Shown here: piece by piece, positions 26,345-38,325 of the stretch
Numbering within the stretch: position 1 is the first letter of the stretch
Layout: every line of letters starts with the position of its first letter
NCBI GenBank assembly: GCA_051294905.1
Contig: CM119372.1
Coordinates: forward strand, 34,598,001-34,662,000
Direction of reading: 5' to 3'
DNA from: Botryllus schlosseri
Taxonomy: Eukaryota
Length of the DNA: 64,000 nucleotides
The notes under the pieces: model-generated
What the model saw: the letters and a program-made list of their open reading frames with translations, nothing else
The model's database searches: none
What the model was told of the DNA's origin: nothing
Translations under genes and position numbers: made by a program

Positions 26345-26831
26345 CCACCCCAAAAGCCACCACTGGCTGTGAGTGAATGATACATTTACAGTTGTATTCT
26401 TGCACGTGGTGATCCCGGCAATTGATGAACAATCTCGGGTAGGGTTGAGGAGTGTAGGATAGGTGATCCAACAAAATGACTATCAGTCTTAGGCAGTTTT
26501 GAGGAGTTCTAAGGCAGTGTGGGACATGGAAATGGTGTCCTGAACTGACAATACTTTCTATAGTGAGGTTATGTAGCACTCCAACCGCAATAGCTACATA
26601 AAACCAGCTTATATATGACGTTTTACTAGCCTAGTCCGAATAGCGACACTCAAATTTTAGGGGAATCCCCTATTTTTAGCCGATATTCTTCCAGCTCAAT
26701 GTGCACACGGATGCAAGGGATGAATTACGAAAAAAAGTACCTAGAATATGTTTTTATGGTATAAGGCATGGGAATCGGACTGAAAACCACGACATTTTGA
26801 AAGTCGATCAATTCTGAACAACCCTAATGCT

Positions 26832-28541
26832 CCCAAGAGTACTGATGACATCGAGCTACTCGAGAATGGCAGCATCATCAAAGACCAGCTTGCAGTAGCA
26901 GAAAAGTTCAATCAGTATTTTTGCAACATTGGTCCGGATCTTGCAGCTTCAATACCAAACTCCTCCGATGACTTTCTCTCGTACTTGAGTCCTGGTCCTC
27001 AGAAATCCATTTTTCTTGAGCCGACAAGTGAAGGAGAAGTTGCGATCGTATTATCTGAAATGAAAAGTAACAAAGCAGTAGGACCCGATCTCATCCCAAC
27101 TCACTTTCTGAAGCTAGTCTTTAATATTATTGGTGATGTTATATGCATTTTCTTCAATGAGTCGATACGTCTAGGCATTTTCCCAGATGCACTGAAAACT
27201 GCCAGAGTAATGCCAGTGTTTAAGAAAGGCTGTAAAAAGCTAATTTCCAACTACCGACCAATATCTGTTTTGCCAAATCTTGCCACGGTTTTTGAGAAAC
27301 TGATTGACTGCCGACTTAAGAACTTTTTTGAATTGAATGCAGTACTTTCTCCGACCCAGCATGGATTCAGATCCAACCACAACACCAACCATGCAATACT
27401 ATCAATTGTAACGGACTATTACAAAACCATCAAGCAAAAAGAAAGTGGCTGCAGCATTTTTATCGATCTCCGCAAAGCTTTCGATACAGTTAACCACAGA
27501 ATCTTAAGATACAAGCTAGAACACTATGGAATCAGGGGTATTGCAGCAACTCTACTTGAAAGCTACCTGGCAAACCGCAAACAATTTGTTAAACTGGGGA
27601 CATTAAGAACGATTACCAGAGATATAACTTGTGGAGTGCCACAAGGCTCAGTCCTTGGACCGACTTTTTTCCTCATTTATATTAACGACATTGTTAATGC
27701 ATCTTTATTCCGCACAACGCTATTTGCTGATGATACTCACCTCTTCATAACCTCCAACACTGTCGATGATTTGCATGCATCTGTGAATAGGGAACTCCCA
27801 AAAGTGTCGAGATGGCTGCAAGCAAACAAACTAAGTTTGAATGCAGATAAGACCGAGATGCTCGTTTTAAATAATGCCAGTCATAATTTCACTGTGAACA
27901 TCAATCATAAACAAATCTCAATATGTGACTCAGCAAAATATCTCGGCGTCACCATTGATTCCAAATTGTCTTGGAAGCAGCATATTGAATGCACAATATC
28001 AAAACTAGCTCGGTGTGTGGGAATAATGACCCGTCTCCAATCTTTGGTTTCCAGATCAGTACTACGAACCATCTACTTCTCTCTTTTCCACTCGCATCTG
28101 CAATATGGAATCGTAGTATGGGGAAATGCATGTACAACATTTTTGTGCAGAATTCGAACCCTGCAAAACCGTGCGATACGGCTGATCTCATCTGTACCTT
28201 TACGTACCAATTTATCGCCTTACTACCGTAAGCATCGAATTTTGCGAGTTGATGAACTATATCGCTTCGAAGTATCAAAAGTTGTTCACAAATATTTTTC
28301 CAATAGTCTCCCTCCTGTGTTTGATGACTTTTTCATACCTACTAAACATGTCCATTCCCATTACACGAGATCTTCGTCTAAAGGAAACGTCTACTTACCC
28401 CAACCCAATAGCAACCTAACTAAGAGATCTATCGACTACTCGGGACCTATCATCTGGAATGCATTACCATCACATATCCGTGAATTGCCTTATAATAGAT
28501 TCAAAAAAGCCCTACTTGATCACCTCTTGTCGTTACACTAA
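26832..28541 (+). CDS. ORF2 reverse transcriptase of a 5'-truncated CR1/L2(Crack)-group LINE
   Basis: Frame open from the truncation point (PKSTDD..AEKFNQYF); NYRPIS, QHGFR, FIDLRKAFDTV, GVPQGSVLGP, FADDT, KYLGV motifs; no stops; no endonuclease domain. Confidence 0.93.
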   Translation, partial: PKSTDDIELLENGSIIKDQLAVAEKFNQYFCNIGPDLAASIPNSSDDFLSYLSPGPQKSIFLEPTSEGEVAIVLSEMKSNKAVGPDLIPTHFLKLVFNIIGDVICIFFNESIRLGIFPDALKTARVMPVFKKGCKKLISNYRPISVLPNLATVFEKLIDCRLKNFFELNAVLSPTQHGFRSNHNTNHAILSIVTDYYKTIKQKESGCSIFIDLRKAFDTVNHRILRYKLEHYGIRGIAATLLESYLANRKQFVKLGTLRTITRDITCGVPQGSVLGPTFFLIYINDIVNASLFRTTLFADDTHLFITSNTVDDLHASVNRELPKVSRWLQANKLSLNADKTEMLVLNNASHNFTVNINHKQISICDSAKYLGVTIDSKLSWKQHIECTISKLARCVGIMTRLQSLVSRSVLRTIYFSLFHSHLQYGIVVWGNACTTFLCRIRTLQNRAIRLISSVPLRTNLSPYYRKHRILRVDELYRFEVSKVVHKYFSNSLPPVFDDFFIPTKHVHSHYTRSSSKGNVYLPQPNSNLTKRSIDYSGPIIWNALPSHIRELPYNRFKKALLDHLLSLH

Positions 28542-28834
28542 CACTGTTGCCCTACCTCGCCCAGACATTGCTTCATTGATCATTTGCTACCATTGTTTAA
28601 TTTTTTTTCTATTTTCCTTTCGTAACTAAACATTTTTTTACAGCCAGACTGTTCTGAGTCAAGTGTACCTGTTTGATGCTGGTGTGATCAGACTAGATGA
28701 CCTTCACGGTCTTATCGATCATTCCTATCTAATACCGAATACTGTGCACGCATATTTTCTGTACCACCATCACTGCCGTTTGTTATGTATTTTGGTTCGA
28801 TGAAAATAAAGACTCTCTCTCTCTCTCTCTCTCT
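26832..28834 (+). mobile_element. 5'-truncated LINE with (CT)n tail
   Basis: RT ORF, ~270-bp 3' UTR, AATAAA at ~28805, then (CT)n. Confidence 0.9.
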
Positions 28835-28866
28835 GATCGTTACCACGCAGGACCAGAGTGAGTGAG

Positions 28867-29980
28867 ACTGAAGTGGTCCTGGCGGAATTTAGGCGGAATA
28901 TTTGTGATCACGTGAAACACTATTTTCGCGAACGCAGAATATTAACCCTCAACCGATGCACGGCAAATGTCATATTTCAGGCTGGATACGAAAGTGTACC
29001 TCACCTACAATTCAGATAATTAACACATCATCGGAAAGAGCGTTCAAATTACTTTATTTAAAATCCATTTCTAGATTCCAGATCGTCCTGCTTAATTACG
29101 AACACGATGACCAAGTTACGTATATTGCGCTGTCGGGCATTGTTGGCCGCCATTTCAATGTATGGCAAATTCTGTGATATCATCTTCGGTGATATTGCGA
29201 TTCGGGGAAGCATCATGATGCAGATGATGCTTCTCTGAATCCTAATGTCACTGAAAATGACGCCATGGAAAAAGATGGAATATTGGATTTTTCATATGAT
29301 GCTTCCCTGAATCGCAATATCACCGAAGATGATATCACAGAAAATGGTGGAATATTAAATCAATCCGATGATGCTTCTCTGAATCCTAATGTCACTGAAG
29401 ATGATGCCACGGAAAAAGATGGAATATTGCATTCTTCATATGATGCTTCCCCGAATCGCAATATCAACGAAGATGATATCACAGAATTTGCCATACATTG
29501 AAATGGCGGCCAACAATGCCCGACAGCGCAATATGCGTAACTTGGTCATCGTGTTCGTAATTAAGCAGGACGATCTGGAATCTAGAAATGGATTTTAAAT
29601 AAAGTAATTTGAACGCTCTTTCCGATGATGTGTTAATTATCTGAATTGTAGGTGAGGTACACTTTTAAATCCGGCCTTGAATGTGGAATGTGCCATACAT
29701 TGAAATAGCGGCCAACAATGCCCGACAGCGCAATATACGTAACTTGGTCATCGTGTTCGTAATTAAGCAGGACGATCTGGAATCTAGAAATGGATTTTAA
29801 ATAAAGTAATTTGAACGCTTTTTCCGATGATGTGTTAATTAGGCGAGGTACACTTTCGTATCCAGCCTGAAATATGACATTTGCCGTGCATCGGTTGAGG
29901 GTCAATATTCTGCGTTCGCGAAAATAGTGTTCCACGTGATCACAAATATTCCGCCGAAATTCCGCCAGGACCACTTCAGT
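28867..29980. mobile_element. Fold-back DNA element with ~350-bp arms and internal 63-bp repeats
   Basis: TIR ACTGAAGTGGTCCTGGCGGAATTT; perfect TSD TGAGTGAG (28859-28866, 29981-29988); part of the right arm duplicated; superfamily unassigned. Confidence 0.88.
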
Positions 29981-30857
29981 TGAGTGAGATATACCGTGAA
30001 TCTGTCGGTCTTTGTTACGTGAGTCTAAATATCATATAGCGAGGAAATGGAGATGTTTTTAGTTCAAAACGGAATTAAGAGGAAACACATTGATTTACTG
30101 CAAGGTAATTCGTTTATGTAAATTTTCAACATCATCTGTAAATAATGTTATGTTCATGTTATCGAGTTTCACATACAGCACCAGCGGTATAAGTAGATAT
30201 AGATTACCTATTTTCGATCTAGCAGCTTGATGCGCCATAAGAGCAGACCATTGAAATGGGAGCTAATGCTGTTTAATAATTTCATCTGAATATATCATAA
30301 TAGACCTAGTGCTGAAACCTCATTCGCAGATGAAGTTATGTACATCTTTCTTTGCACTTGACCTGTTTCAATTACTTGATATGGTTTGGTAGAATGTCTA
30401 ATGGAAAGTGTTGTTTGTGCCCTTTTGTCGGAACTATCGATTTGTTGTCCACACATTTATTGTCACAGACAACATCCGAGTGTTATCATGTCATGCAGGA
30501 TCTGTGGCATAGTGTATTCAAAATATGAAGATCTCTGTAGCCATTGACCCATTGTAAAAGGAGACACAAAAATATGAAGACACTGGACTTGTTTTGCTAT
30601 AGAGCACCGTCCTCTCTTGACTATGACCTACTGCCCGAATCCTCTCCGAATTCAATATATTTTGTTTTAAAGTGCATTCATGATCAAATGCTTTTCAGCA
30701 TTACTTCTCGAAAAAGCTGTCGCAAAAGTTGAGGAATCTCAGAGAAAAGAATCGAAAAAGCTGTCGCAAAAGTTGAGGAATCTCAGAGAAAAGACAAAGG
30801 CATCTGGTACGTCTTCATGGAGAGCGCATGCTTTGTGTCCAGGCTCATCAGGTGATT

Positions 30858-33212
30858 GGGTCAGATCATGTCAGGTGGTCCAAAAAAATTTCAAAACATG
30901 CCCCCACCATCTCAGATTATCGTAAAAAATTGATATGCTTAGAAAACTTTTACTTCTGCTTTCAGAAAAATATATTTTATTAAAATCGGATGAGTGGAAT
31001 CGAAGATACGGCCGTTCAAAAATTGCTGTTATTGTGATCGCTCAAGCGGAAAAAAATGTCAGAAATTGATACATGTTATTTAAATTTGCTATAATTCGTT
31101 CAAATCAGGGTTGTTGAGCGTGACACTTTCACACTTGTTCCTTTATATCCTACTTTATACTTTTTCACCTTCTTTGACACCTGGGGTTGCATAGTCTGAC
31201 CCTTAACCTCGCTATTTTGTTCGTGTCTTTGAAAATCACTCATGCGTGACTTCATTTTCAATTGCAAATATCTCTTGGTGACCAGGTGATGTCATCAAGT
31301 GTAAGGTGTCATTGGAAAGCTCTTGACAAGAGCTTTTTAAATCAACAATAACATCAGTGACTTTTGAATCATAACATACCATAAGAGTGCCATGAAACTA
31401 ACCTGCAAATAACATGTTTTATTCAAAATCCTCCCCCTTTTTAACATGAGCAAACTCTGTAAAGCCCTACTACTACCTCGGTACGTTTTGCCTGATATAT
31501 CAGGTGAGCAGCGATGACTCTTCAAGTTAACGTAATGTAATAAAAAATAATTAAAAAATAAAATGTGTGAGCACTGGACACCGATTCCATACAGGCTGTA
31601 AAGCAACTCATTTCACCTTAATTCTATATACAGTACAGTACCAATTGTTTTATATACAAGGTAGTCAGTATAACTCAAACAGATAACTGCTGACATAAAT
31701 TATGCTGACAATAATTTTGAAAATATTTTTGAAAATTTGAGATAATTTTGCGATACAGCTTGAGGTGACCACAGAATACTTCCAAAACACATCAGAATTC
31801 ACAACTGACATGATAAAATGCAATGTTTTATGTAGTCTACACAATACATTCGGGCAACAATCAGCACTAAACAATGAAAGGAACAATGACAATCAAAATC
31901 ATTATCAATGTCCTGCGGGTTTTGTAGTTTTCATACTATGATTAGATAATAACTATATGCACATATCAGATCTATTTATCTTTGGTGATATTTTTTATAC
32001 ACTTGTTTGACTTTCAGTGCTGATTCCTTTGTCAGTAGGTGTTCTCCCTGATTATTAAATAAACAAGGAACGTAAACTGTGCACAAAATGTGCTGGAGCG
32101 GTGTCCAGCATGAATCTTAATTTTGAGGCCAGTGAAAAAACTCTGATGGGCCTTTTGGGTACATGAATTCAACTAAGGCTTTGTTGTTTGGCTTATCAGT
32201 TTCTGTGACCATGCCAATATACCAGTTTTTATCATAAACGGAGCATACAAATTTGTTTTGGACAATTTCAGTTTGAAGTACATGTTCTTGGTTTGAGTCT
32301 TCATCTAATTCAACTTCCAATACATACTGCACTTCTTGGCTGACACGTTTTGCTCTCAGTTTGGTTGATGACAATAGCCTAAAATGATGGAATGCCCGAG
32401 TACCTTTGCCTGTGGTAGCGAGCTGAAATCGATATTTCAAAAAAGATTTCGTGGCATCCAATTCGTCTTTTAGCAAATTAAAATAAATTTTATTTTTTGG
32501 AGATTTTTCACGCAATAGGACATCATTCAGACTTCTACATTCAAAATCTGACCATTCCAAACAGAACCTATACTACAATTATCCATACTTTACATAAGTC
32601 TCAATACAATACCGTACAACCTGTTATGAAAGTAAAATTGTAATAATATTTTGAACTCAACAATTTTACAACACTATTTTAGAACAAATTTTTCCAATGT
32701 GACTATAAAAAGTCAGTAATTTTATTGTTGATTATAAAATTACTTTTCAAGAGCTTTCCAATGATACCTTACACTTGATGATATCCCCTAGTCACCAAGA
32801 GATATCTGCAATTGAAAATGAAGTCACGCGTGAGTGATTTTCAAAGACATGAACAAAATCGTACAAAATCGCGAGGGTAAACGTCAGACTATGCAACCCC
32901 AGGTGTCAAAGAAGGCGAAAAAGTATCAAGTAGGATATAAATGAACAAGTGTGGAAGTGTCACTCTCAACAACCCTGATTTGACCGAAATATAGCAAATT
33001 TAAATTATATATATAAATTTCTGACATTTTTCCCGCCTGAGCGATCACAAAAATAGCAATTTTTAGACGGTCATATCTTTGGTTCAAGATGACCTTTTTT
33101 GATGAAATTTGGTTTTCTGAAATCAGAAAACACAGCTCTGTAAGCATGCCTATTTTCATGACAATCCAAGATGGTGGAAATATGGCCAGGATCAAGTGAC
33201 TTGATATGACCC
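30858..33212 (-). mobile_element. Sola2-like DNA transposon deletion derivative
   Basis: Diverged ~480-bp TIRs starting GGGTCA; 4-bp TSD GATT (30854-30857, 33213-33216); internal ORF 32117-32560. Confidence 0.75.
32117..32560 (-). pseudogene. Transposase C-terminal fragment (Sola2-like)
   Basis: GTRAFHHF...VCSVYDKNWYIGMV...VEFMYPKGP..FHWP resembles C-termini of this transposase group; lies between the TIRs. Confidence 0.6.
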
Positions 33213-34368
33213 GATTGGGATGATTGTCATTCTTTTTTTTTTATCATTTATAAGTTTCATGTTATTCAAAAGGTCACCCTAATATAACGATTGAAGATGC
33301 CAGGGTGCAGTTGGAAACAGAGTTCAACAGACCTGGCGCAAATTGGCTGAATGTCATCACTCTCATGAAATACACTCATCACGACAGACGTAATCAGTTG
33401 AAGGTGCTAGAATTTGGTGGCGTTGCTGAAATTTTGAAGAGCTTTCCAATGCTGCAAGATATTAGACTGGTGAGTTCTTTCATTCCTTACAGATGACTTC
33501 AATTTGCAGTCATAACTTCGAAATCAGTAAAATGAAATTGTTTGTGTGCCTCGGCAAATTAATAATTATATTGCCTATGTATCTTCCTATTGCATTAATA
33601 TACACTGTTTTCCTATTAAACAACATGTGTACAGTGTACAATGTACCAGCCTTGGACAACTAGTAGATTTTCAGCTCTTCCAAATTGAATTAGATTAGAA
33701 TTAAAGCGCAGTTTTTTCCAAATTAGATTACAATTAGAATTACTCAATTTGCAAAAACTTGAAAATTGACAGAAATTATGAATGACAAGGGAATCCAGCC
33801 AAATTCAAGCTTAGTTCATAGGAACGAGCATGAGATTGTGCACCATAGCTGAAAAGTTGGACGTGATGTTGCACGAGACGGATATTTTTGTTAGCTCACT
33901 ACCAAATACCATAGTCAATTAGCCATTTTTAGAAGAACTATGAATATGATCAGAATTGAAAAAATATGGAAACATTCAACTAATTGGGTTAGAATTATAT
34001 TAATGAGATTTCGTGATACCATATGCTAAAAATAATTCAATTATTGTGATGATTAAATAAAGAAAATCTAATTATGTTCGTATCAAGATAAGTTAGTGAA
34101 TAACTATGTATTTTAAAATAAATAATATGGATTAATTTACTTACTCTAACTAACCTGTTTAAGTGATGTGCATATTCATGACTAACAGCTCTGAGTAACG
34201 CGTTGTTATTCCCAATAGATCAGACATGAGTTTCATCTGCTTGTTGATAGAAGTGTTGAAGAAATGCATGAGAAGTACATGGAAATGCTTCTCACTCTTG
34301 ATAAAGTTTTTGGAGAGCAGACTGATCAAGAGGTTGGTATTATGTTTGATAATTAACAGTGCTACAGT

Positions 34369-35005
34369 CATAGGCGCCGACTTTTATTTTTGCATGGGGT
34401 GGCGGCAGGCGCGTAGCCAGGGGGTGTCGAAATCCTTCTTTTTGAAACGCAAAACAACGATCTTTTGAAATGACCATTCTGACTCTAATATTCAGTTGCA
34501 ATTCAACAAGTCGTATTATCGGTGTTACGCGGGGCCGCGACCAATCAGCGATATTCGTCTGCACGCATATCCCACAATGCTACGCGATGCGATTTCCCGC
34601 TGAAATATTTTAAACGCGGCTTGCGGCCCTCATTGATGCAAATAATGCATCGCAAATTGCGATAGGAGATGGTGTTTCTCAGAGCGTGCGATAAAATCTA
34701 CGTTTCTAACGATGAGGTCGAATTTGTACATCTAATAAGGAAATCAGCATAGAATGTTGTCGTTCAAACTAATGGAATAAATTAAGAATTTGCGCCATCG
34801 AGAATCTCGTGTTGCATCAATTTTTGACAACGTAATTCAACGCCGTGTACTGCACAATGCGCAGTATTAATAACAAATCAAACACTGACAAGTGACACCG
34901 AGGGAATACGAGTGTATAAAGCAGACAAGAATTAGCAGCCTTCAGATGATAGCAAACTAGATAGCGCGCATCTAATCAGTAATTCCACAACTTGCGTACA
35001 GCGCT
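34369..35005. mobile_element. Truncated, internally deleted family B copy (reverse orientation)
   Basis: Starts CATAGGCGCCGACTTTT, the reverse complement of the family B right end, followed by discontinuous internal segments. Confidence 0.8.
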
Positions 35006-36003
35006 AATGCCCAAACTTGCCTTTATCTGAGATGGAATGTGATGGCTGGAATGGAAACTTTTGAATTGCAGGAATGTTCCTCACCTGTCTATTATGGTTC
35101 TTATTAGTCCTTCACCTGTCTATTATGATTCTAATTGTTCGCAGGGAAATTAGGACGATGAAATTCATATCCTGCTCGAACTGCAGAAAACTCTATAATA
35201 GACAAGAAAATAAAGTCGAACCATGGTTTGAGTGCGATGTGTCTTTGTCAGGTAAGATTGCTATCAGTCTAGTATGGATCTGCTTCAGTTTAGATATACA
35301 TAGAAGTTCTATAAAATAGAATCCTTATATATTATCGAAATTCTTGAGCCGTCCTAAAACAAAGGTATATTATGCTATGCTAAACACTGCGCTCGACGTA
35401 ATGGAGCTGCAAAATTTCGTATTAAGACCAACTGACGTGGCTGCGCGTCATCGATTCTCAACCCGTTGCGAAAATATGCGATGGTGAAGTAAACGCACTA
35501 GAAACGCGGAAGCTCGAGCGTAACGGGTCTTATGCAAAATTCATTTAATTTATGTTTATAATATTTTGGAATCGGGAAAGGAGGATTTTCACACTAACAG
35601 TACTGGAGTTGCCAAAAAGGAAGACATTTGGGCGTCCTAGGACGACAATTTCAAAAACCTGAAAAAGGAGGACAAATCCTCCTAAAGGAGCTCGTATGTC
35701 AACCCTAATTTAATTGCAGCACCATTACGATGGCTTTCTGAAGACAATGTCTGCGGCAATTTTTTTTCGACCTGCGAGTTGATTTGAGACCACAACATTT
35801 TTATAGCGCAGTGCCCCTCTAAGATTAAGCAGCTAACAAGTTATGATCGAACGAGGTCCGAGGTTCATTGGTACCCCTTAAAATTCTGATGTAGAGAAAT
35901 TTATGCATCTGAGCACAATTGGTGCAACAATTAATGCTTCAATTTATAATCGAATAATATAACAACTTATAATCAATTTGCCCTTTGGAGCTAAGCTTGT
36001 TAA

Positions 36004-36529
36004 CGGTGCACTGCACTCTAAAAACTATGTGGTCTCAAATTCAAGGGCTAAACGAGAAAATTTTTCAGGCCGCAGCCATTTTCTTCAGAACGCCACCGTA
36101 ATGGAGCTGCAATTTATTGAATTTTCCACAGGGGAATCATACTCTAGCAGTCACGCAGAAATCGAACTTTATATAGTTGTCAGCCGATGCTATGAAGGAA
36201 ATATGTCGTACACGCCCTATGTACCAAAAAAATAGAATACATTAGGCCCGATTTTGACATAAATCTCCCGACTGAACATCTTCCGTTGAACGCGGTGTCT
36301 AAACTATCTTTGCGTGTACGACATATTTCCTTCATAATAACATCAGCTGACAACGATATAAAGTTCGATTTCTGCGAGACTGCTGGAGCATGATTACGAT
36401 CTGAAAAATTCTATAAATTGCAGCTTCTTTACGGTGGCGTTCTGAAGAAAATGGCTGCGGCCTAAAAAAATAATTTCTCGTTTCGCCCTTCAATTTGAGA
36501 CGACATGATTTTTAGAGTGCAGTGCCCCT
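36004..36529. mobile_element. Palindromic MITE, possibly Kolobok-type
   Basis: GCACTGCACTCTAAAAA...TTTTTAGAGTGCAGTGC arms of ~210 bp; flanks TTAA/TTGA; related fragment at ~35710-35820. Confidence 0.7.
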
Positions 36530-36577
36530 TTGAACTATTCGCCGATTCAACTACACTTAAATCTTCCGTGTAAGAAG

Positions 36578-37096
36578 CAGTGTCGTAACCAAGTCACAAG
36601 GCTTCGAGTCACAACTCAATCTCGCTTTTTATAGGATTGACTCGAGTCAAGTCGAGTCATTTTCAATTCACCACCCAGTCAAGTCCGAGTCCAAGTCAAC
36701 AAGTAGAGGTTCGAGTCCGATTCATGGTGTCATTGTGTTGACTGCTCAAGTTTCCAGTCCTGTTAAACCCACTTTTTATGACTGTTTGTTGATATCGAAT
36801 GGTTCGCATTTATAATACACTAATTTTCCTTACTTTTTAGTAGTTTCTAGTAGCATTTTAAAGTGCCAGTACCAATAGAAGAAATGCCAATAGTGTGGTT
36901 ATTTTAGTATTCTTCGAAATTACGATGAAATGTCTTTCTTGGCCATCTGAGTCTCGAGTCATATGACTTGGTTCGAGTCATGCGTAATAACTCAAGTCGA
37001 GTCAATGCACAGATTGTGTCGAATCGAGTCATTTTTCTGTTTTGAGAAAATGACTCGAGTCATGAGAAAGTCATTACTCGAGTCATTACATCCCTG
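36578..37096. mobile_element. hAT MITE, GACTCGAGTC-repeat family
   Basis: CAGTGTCGTAA...TTACATCCCTG; flanks GTAAGAAG/ATGAGAAG; inverted homologue at ~54312-54855. Confidence 0.78.
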
Positions 37097-37699
37097 ATGA
37101 GAAGTCTGTCATGTGCTCTTGGATTCGCACGTGAATATTTGGCAAAATAATTTGAAGCTAGCATATTGTTTTAATTCCAGGCACATGCAGTCGATTTAAC
37201 GACTTAAAAGTTGACTCGACTCCTCCTCATCTTTTGATTGCACGTCATGAGAATGGAGATGAACGGTCGTGGATTGCGGCCAATGGCATCACCATCAAGC
37301 GCAGATCCGAAAACCAAAGAAGACCGTTTGAGATTATAATTGATCTCGTAGCATGCTATTAAGCATGGGATCTTAGTTTTCCCAAGGTCTTTCAAATAAT
37401 GCCATTCATTCAACGTGTCCTTGTTGATGATAAAAATTCGGGATTTCAGTCGAACAAGTTCGTCAATTTTTGGAAAAAATATCAAAATGCCCAGCAATCG
37501 ATTGAAAAAATGTAGGCCAATTAATCTCCCTTGCTCCAAGTACTTGTACTGTGAGTACTGCTTTCTTTTGGTATGGAATGTACCTGTACATAGTGGATTT
37601 TGTTATTTTTTACATTTGCACAATAATTCGTTTTTTTGTGGTTAGACTTTTGCTATGCCTTCAATTAGTAAACTTCTCGTTTTTAGTGGCACTGTACAT

Positions 37700-38325
37700 T
37701 AGGGCTGTTCCAAAATAACATACTGTTGAGCCAAAATTAGTTTGCTATGGTTTTTTGGCAATTCAATCAATCATTTGATCACGAAACAGTCAATTTGTGA
37801 GAAACAATATTTATTGACGACATTACTGTACTACATACACCTTGCTTTAGTTCCAAATCCAGTTCTTTTATACTGTTAAATAGTATATTAATATTGAAAT
37901 GAACCCGAATATTTTCGTTCGACACCCGTCAGCAAATCTAGTAGAGAATTGAAAAGAACATTGTATATCAACAACTGTATCACAATATGACGTCACCAGC
38001 ATGAAATTTCGAGAGAGAGAAAGCATTCAATCTACTATTCCTAGGTGGTACACGAACTACTGTTGACAGAGTTTCGGCTGGTGTATTTTATATCTTATCA
38101 AAATACACCAGCCGAAACTCTGTCTACAGAAGGAGTTCGTGTACCTCCTGCATGGGAATAGTGCATTGAACGCTCACTCTCTCGAAATTTCATGCTGGGG
38201 AAGGCATATTTTGTGATACGATTGTTGATATACAATGTTCTTTCCAATTCTCCACTAGTTGCTGACGAGTATCATCCGAAAATATTCGGGTTGATTTCAA
38301 TATGAACATATACTATTCAATTGTG
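37700..38325. mobile_element. Decayed palindromic MITE with hATm-like left end
   Basis: Starts TAGGGCTGTTCCAAAAT; ~37870-38088 is inverted against ~38101-38325. Confidence 0.6.

Larger units (their letters stand above)
20693..26365. mobile_element. hAT (Tip100-like) non-autonomous element inserted in the hATm right TIR
   Basis: TIR CAGTGGTGGC/GCCACCACTG; perfect TSD GCTGTGAG (20685-20692, 26366-26373); GGGCCC subterminal blocks at ~20700-20750 and ~23735-23778. Confidence 0.85.
18700..26826 (-). mobile_element. hATm-type DNA transposon with ~520-bp TIRs and decayed transposase
   Basis: TIR TAGGGTTGTTCAGAATTG; left arm 18700-19219 matches 20617-20692 plus 26374-26826; TSD ATGCTCAT/ATGCTC (right copy cut by the LINE). 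Confidence 0.88.
18277..28835. mobile_element. hAT-Ac-like MITE (~430 bp) whose right TIR is split by ~10 kb of later insertions
   Basis: Left end CAGAGATGAGC; AATCC repeats 18290-18690; right TIR pieces ATGCTCAT (18692-18699) and CTCTG (28831-28835); perfect TSD ATCGTTAC (18269-18276, 28836-28843). Confidence 0.85.
30047..34332 (+). pseudogene. Damaged multi-exon gene resembling SAMD3-like / EnSpm-CACTA accessory proteins
   Basis: Phase-compatible GT-AG joins 30851|33273 and 33469|34219 give KLSQKLRNLREK..GSSG-HPNITIEDARVQLETEF..LMKYTHHDRRNQL..EILKSFPMLQDIRL-IRHEF; upstream C2H2-like CRICG and a frameshifting 44-bp duplication. Confidence 0.55.

Noticed and set aside
26985..28541. Retron, group II intron or DGR reverse transcriptase
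   Set aside because: Motifs, 3' UTR, microsatellite tail and 5' truncation are those of a CR1/L2-group LINE.
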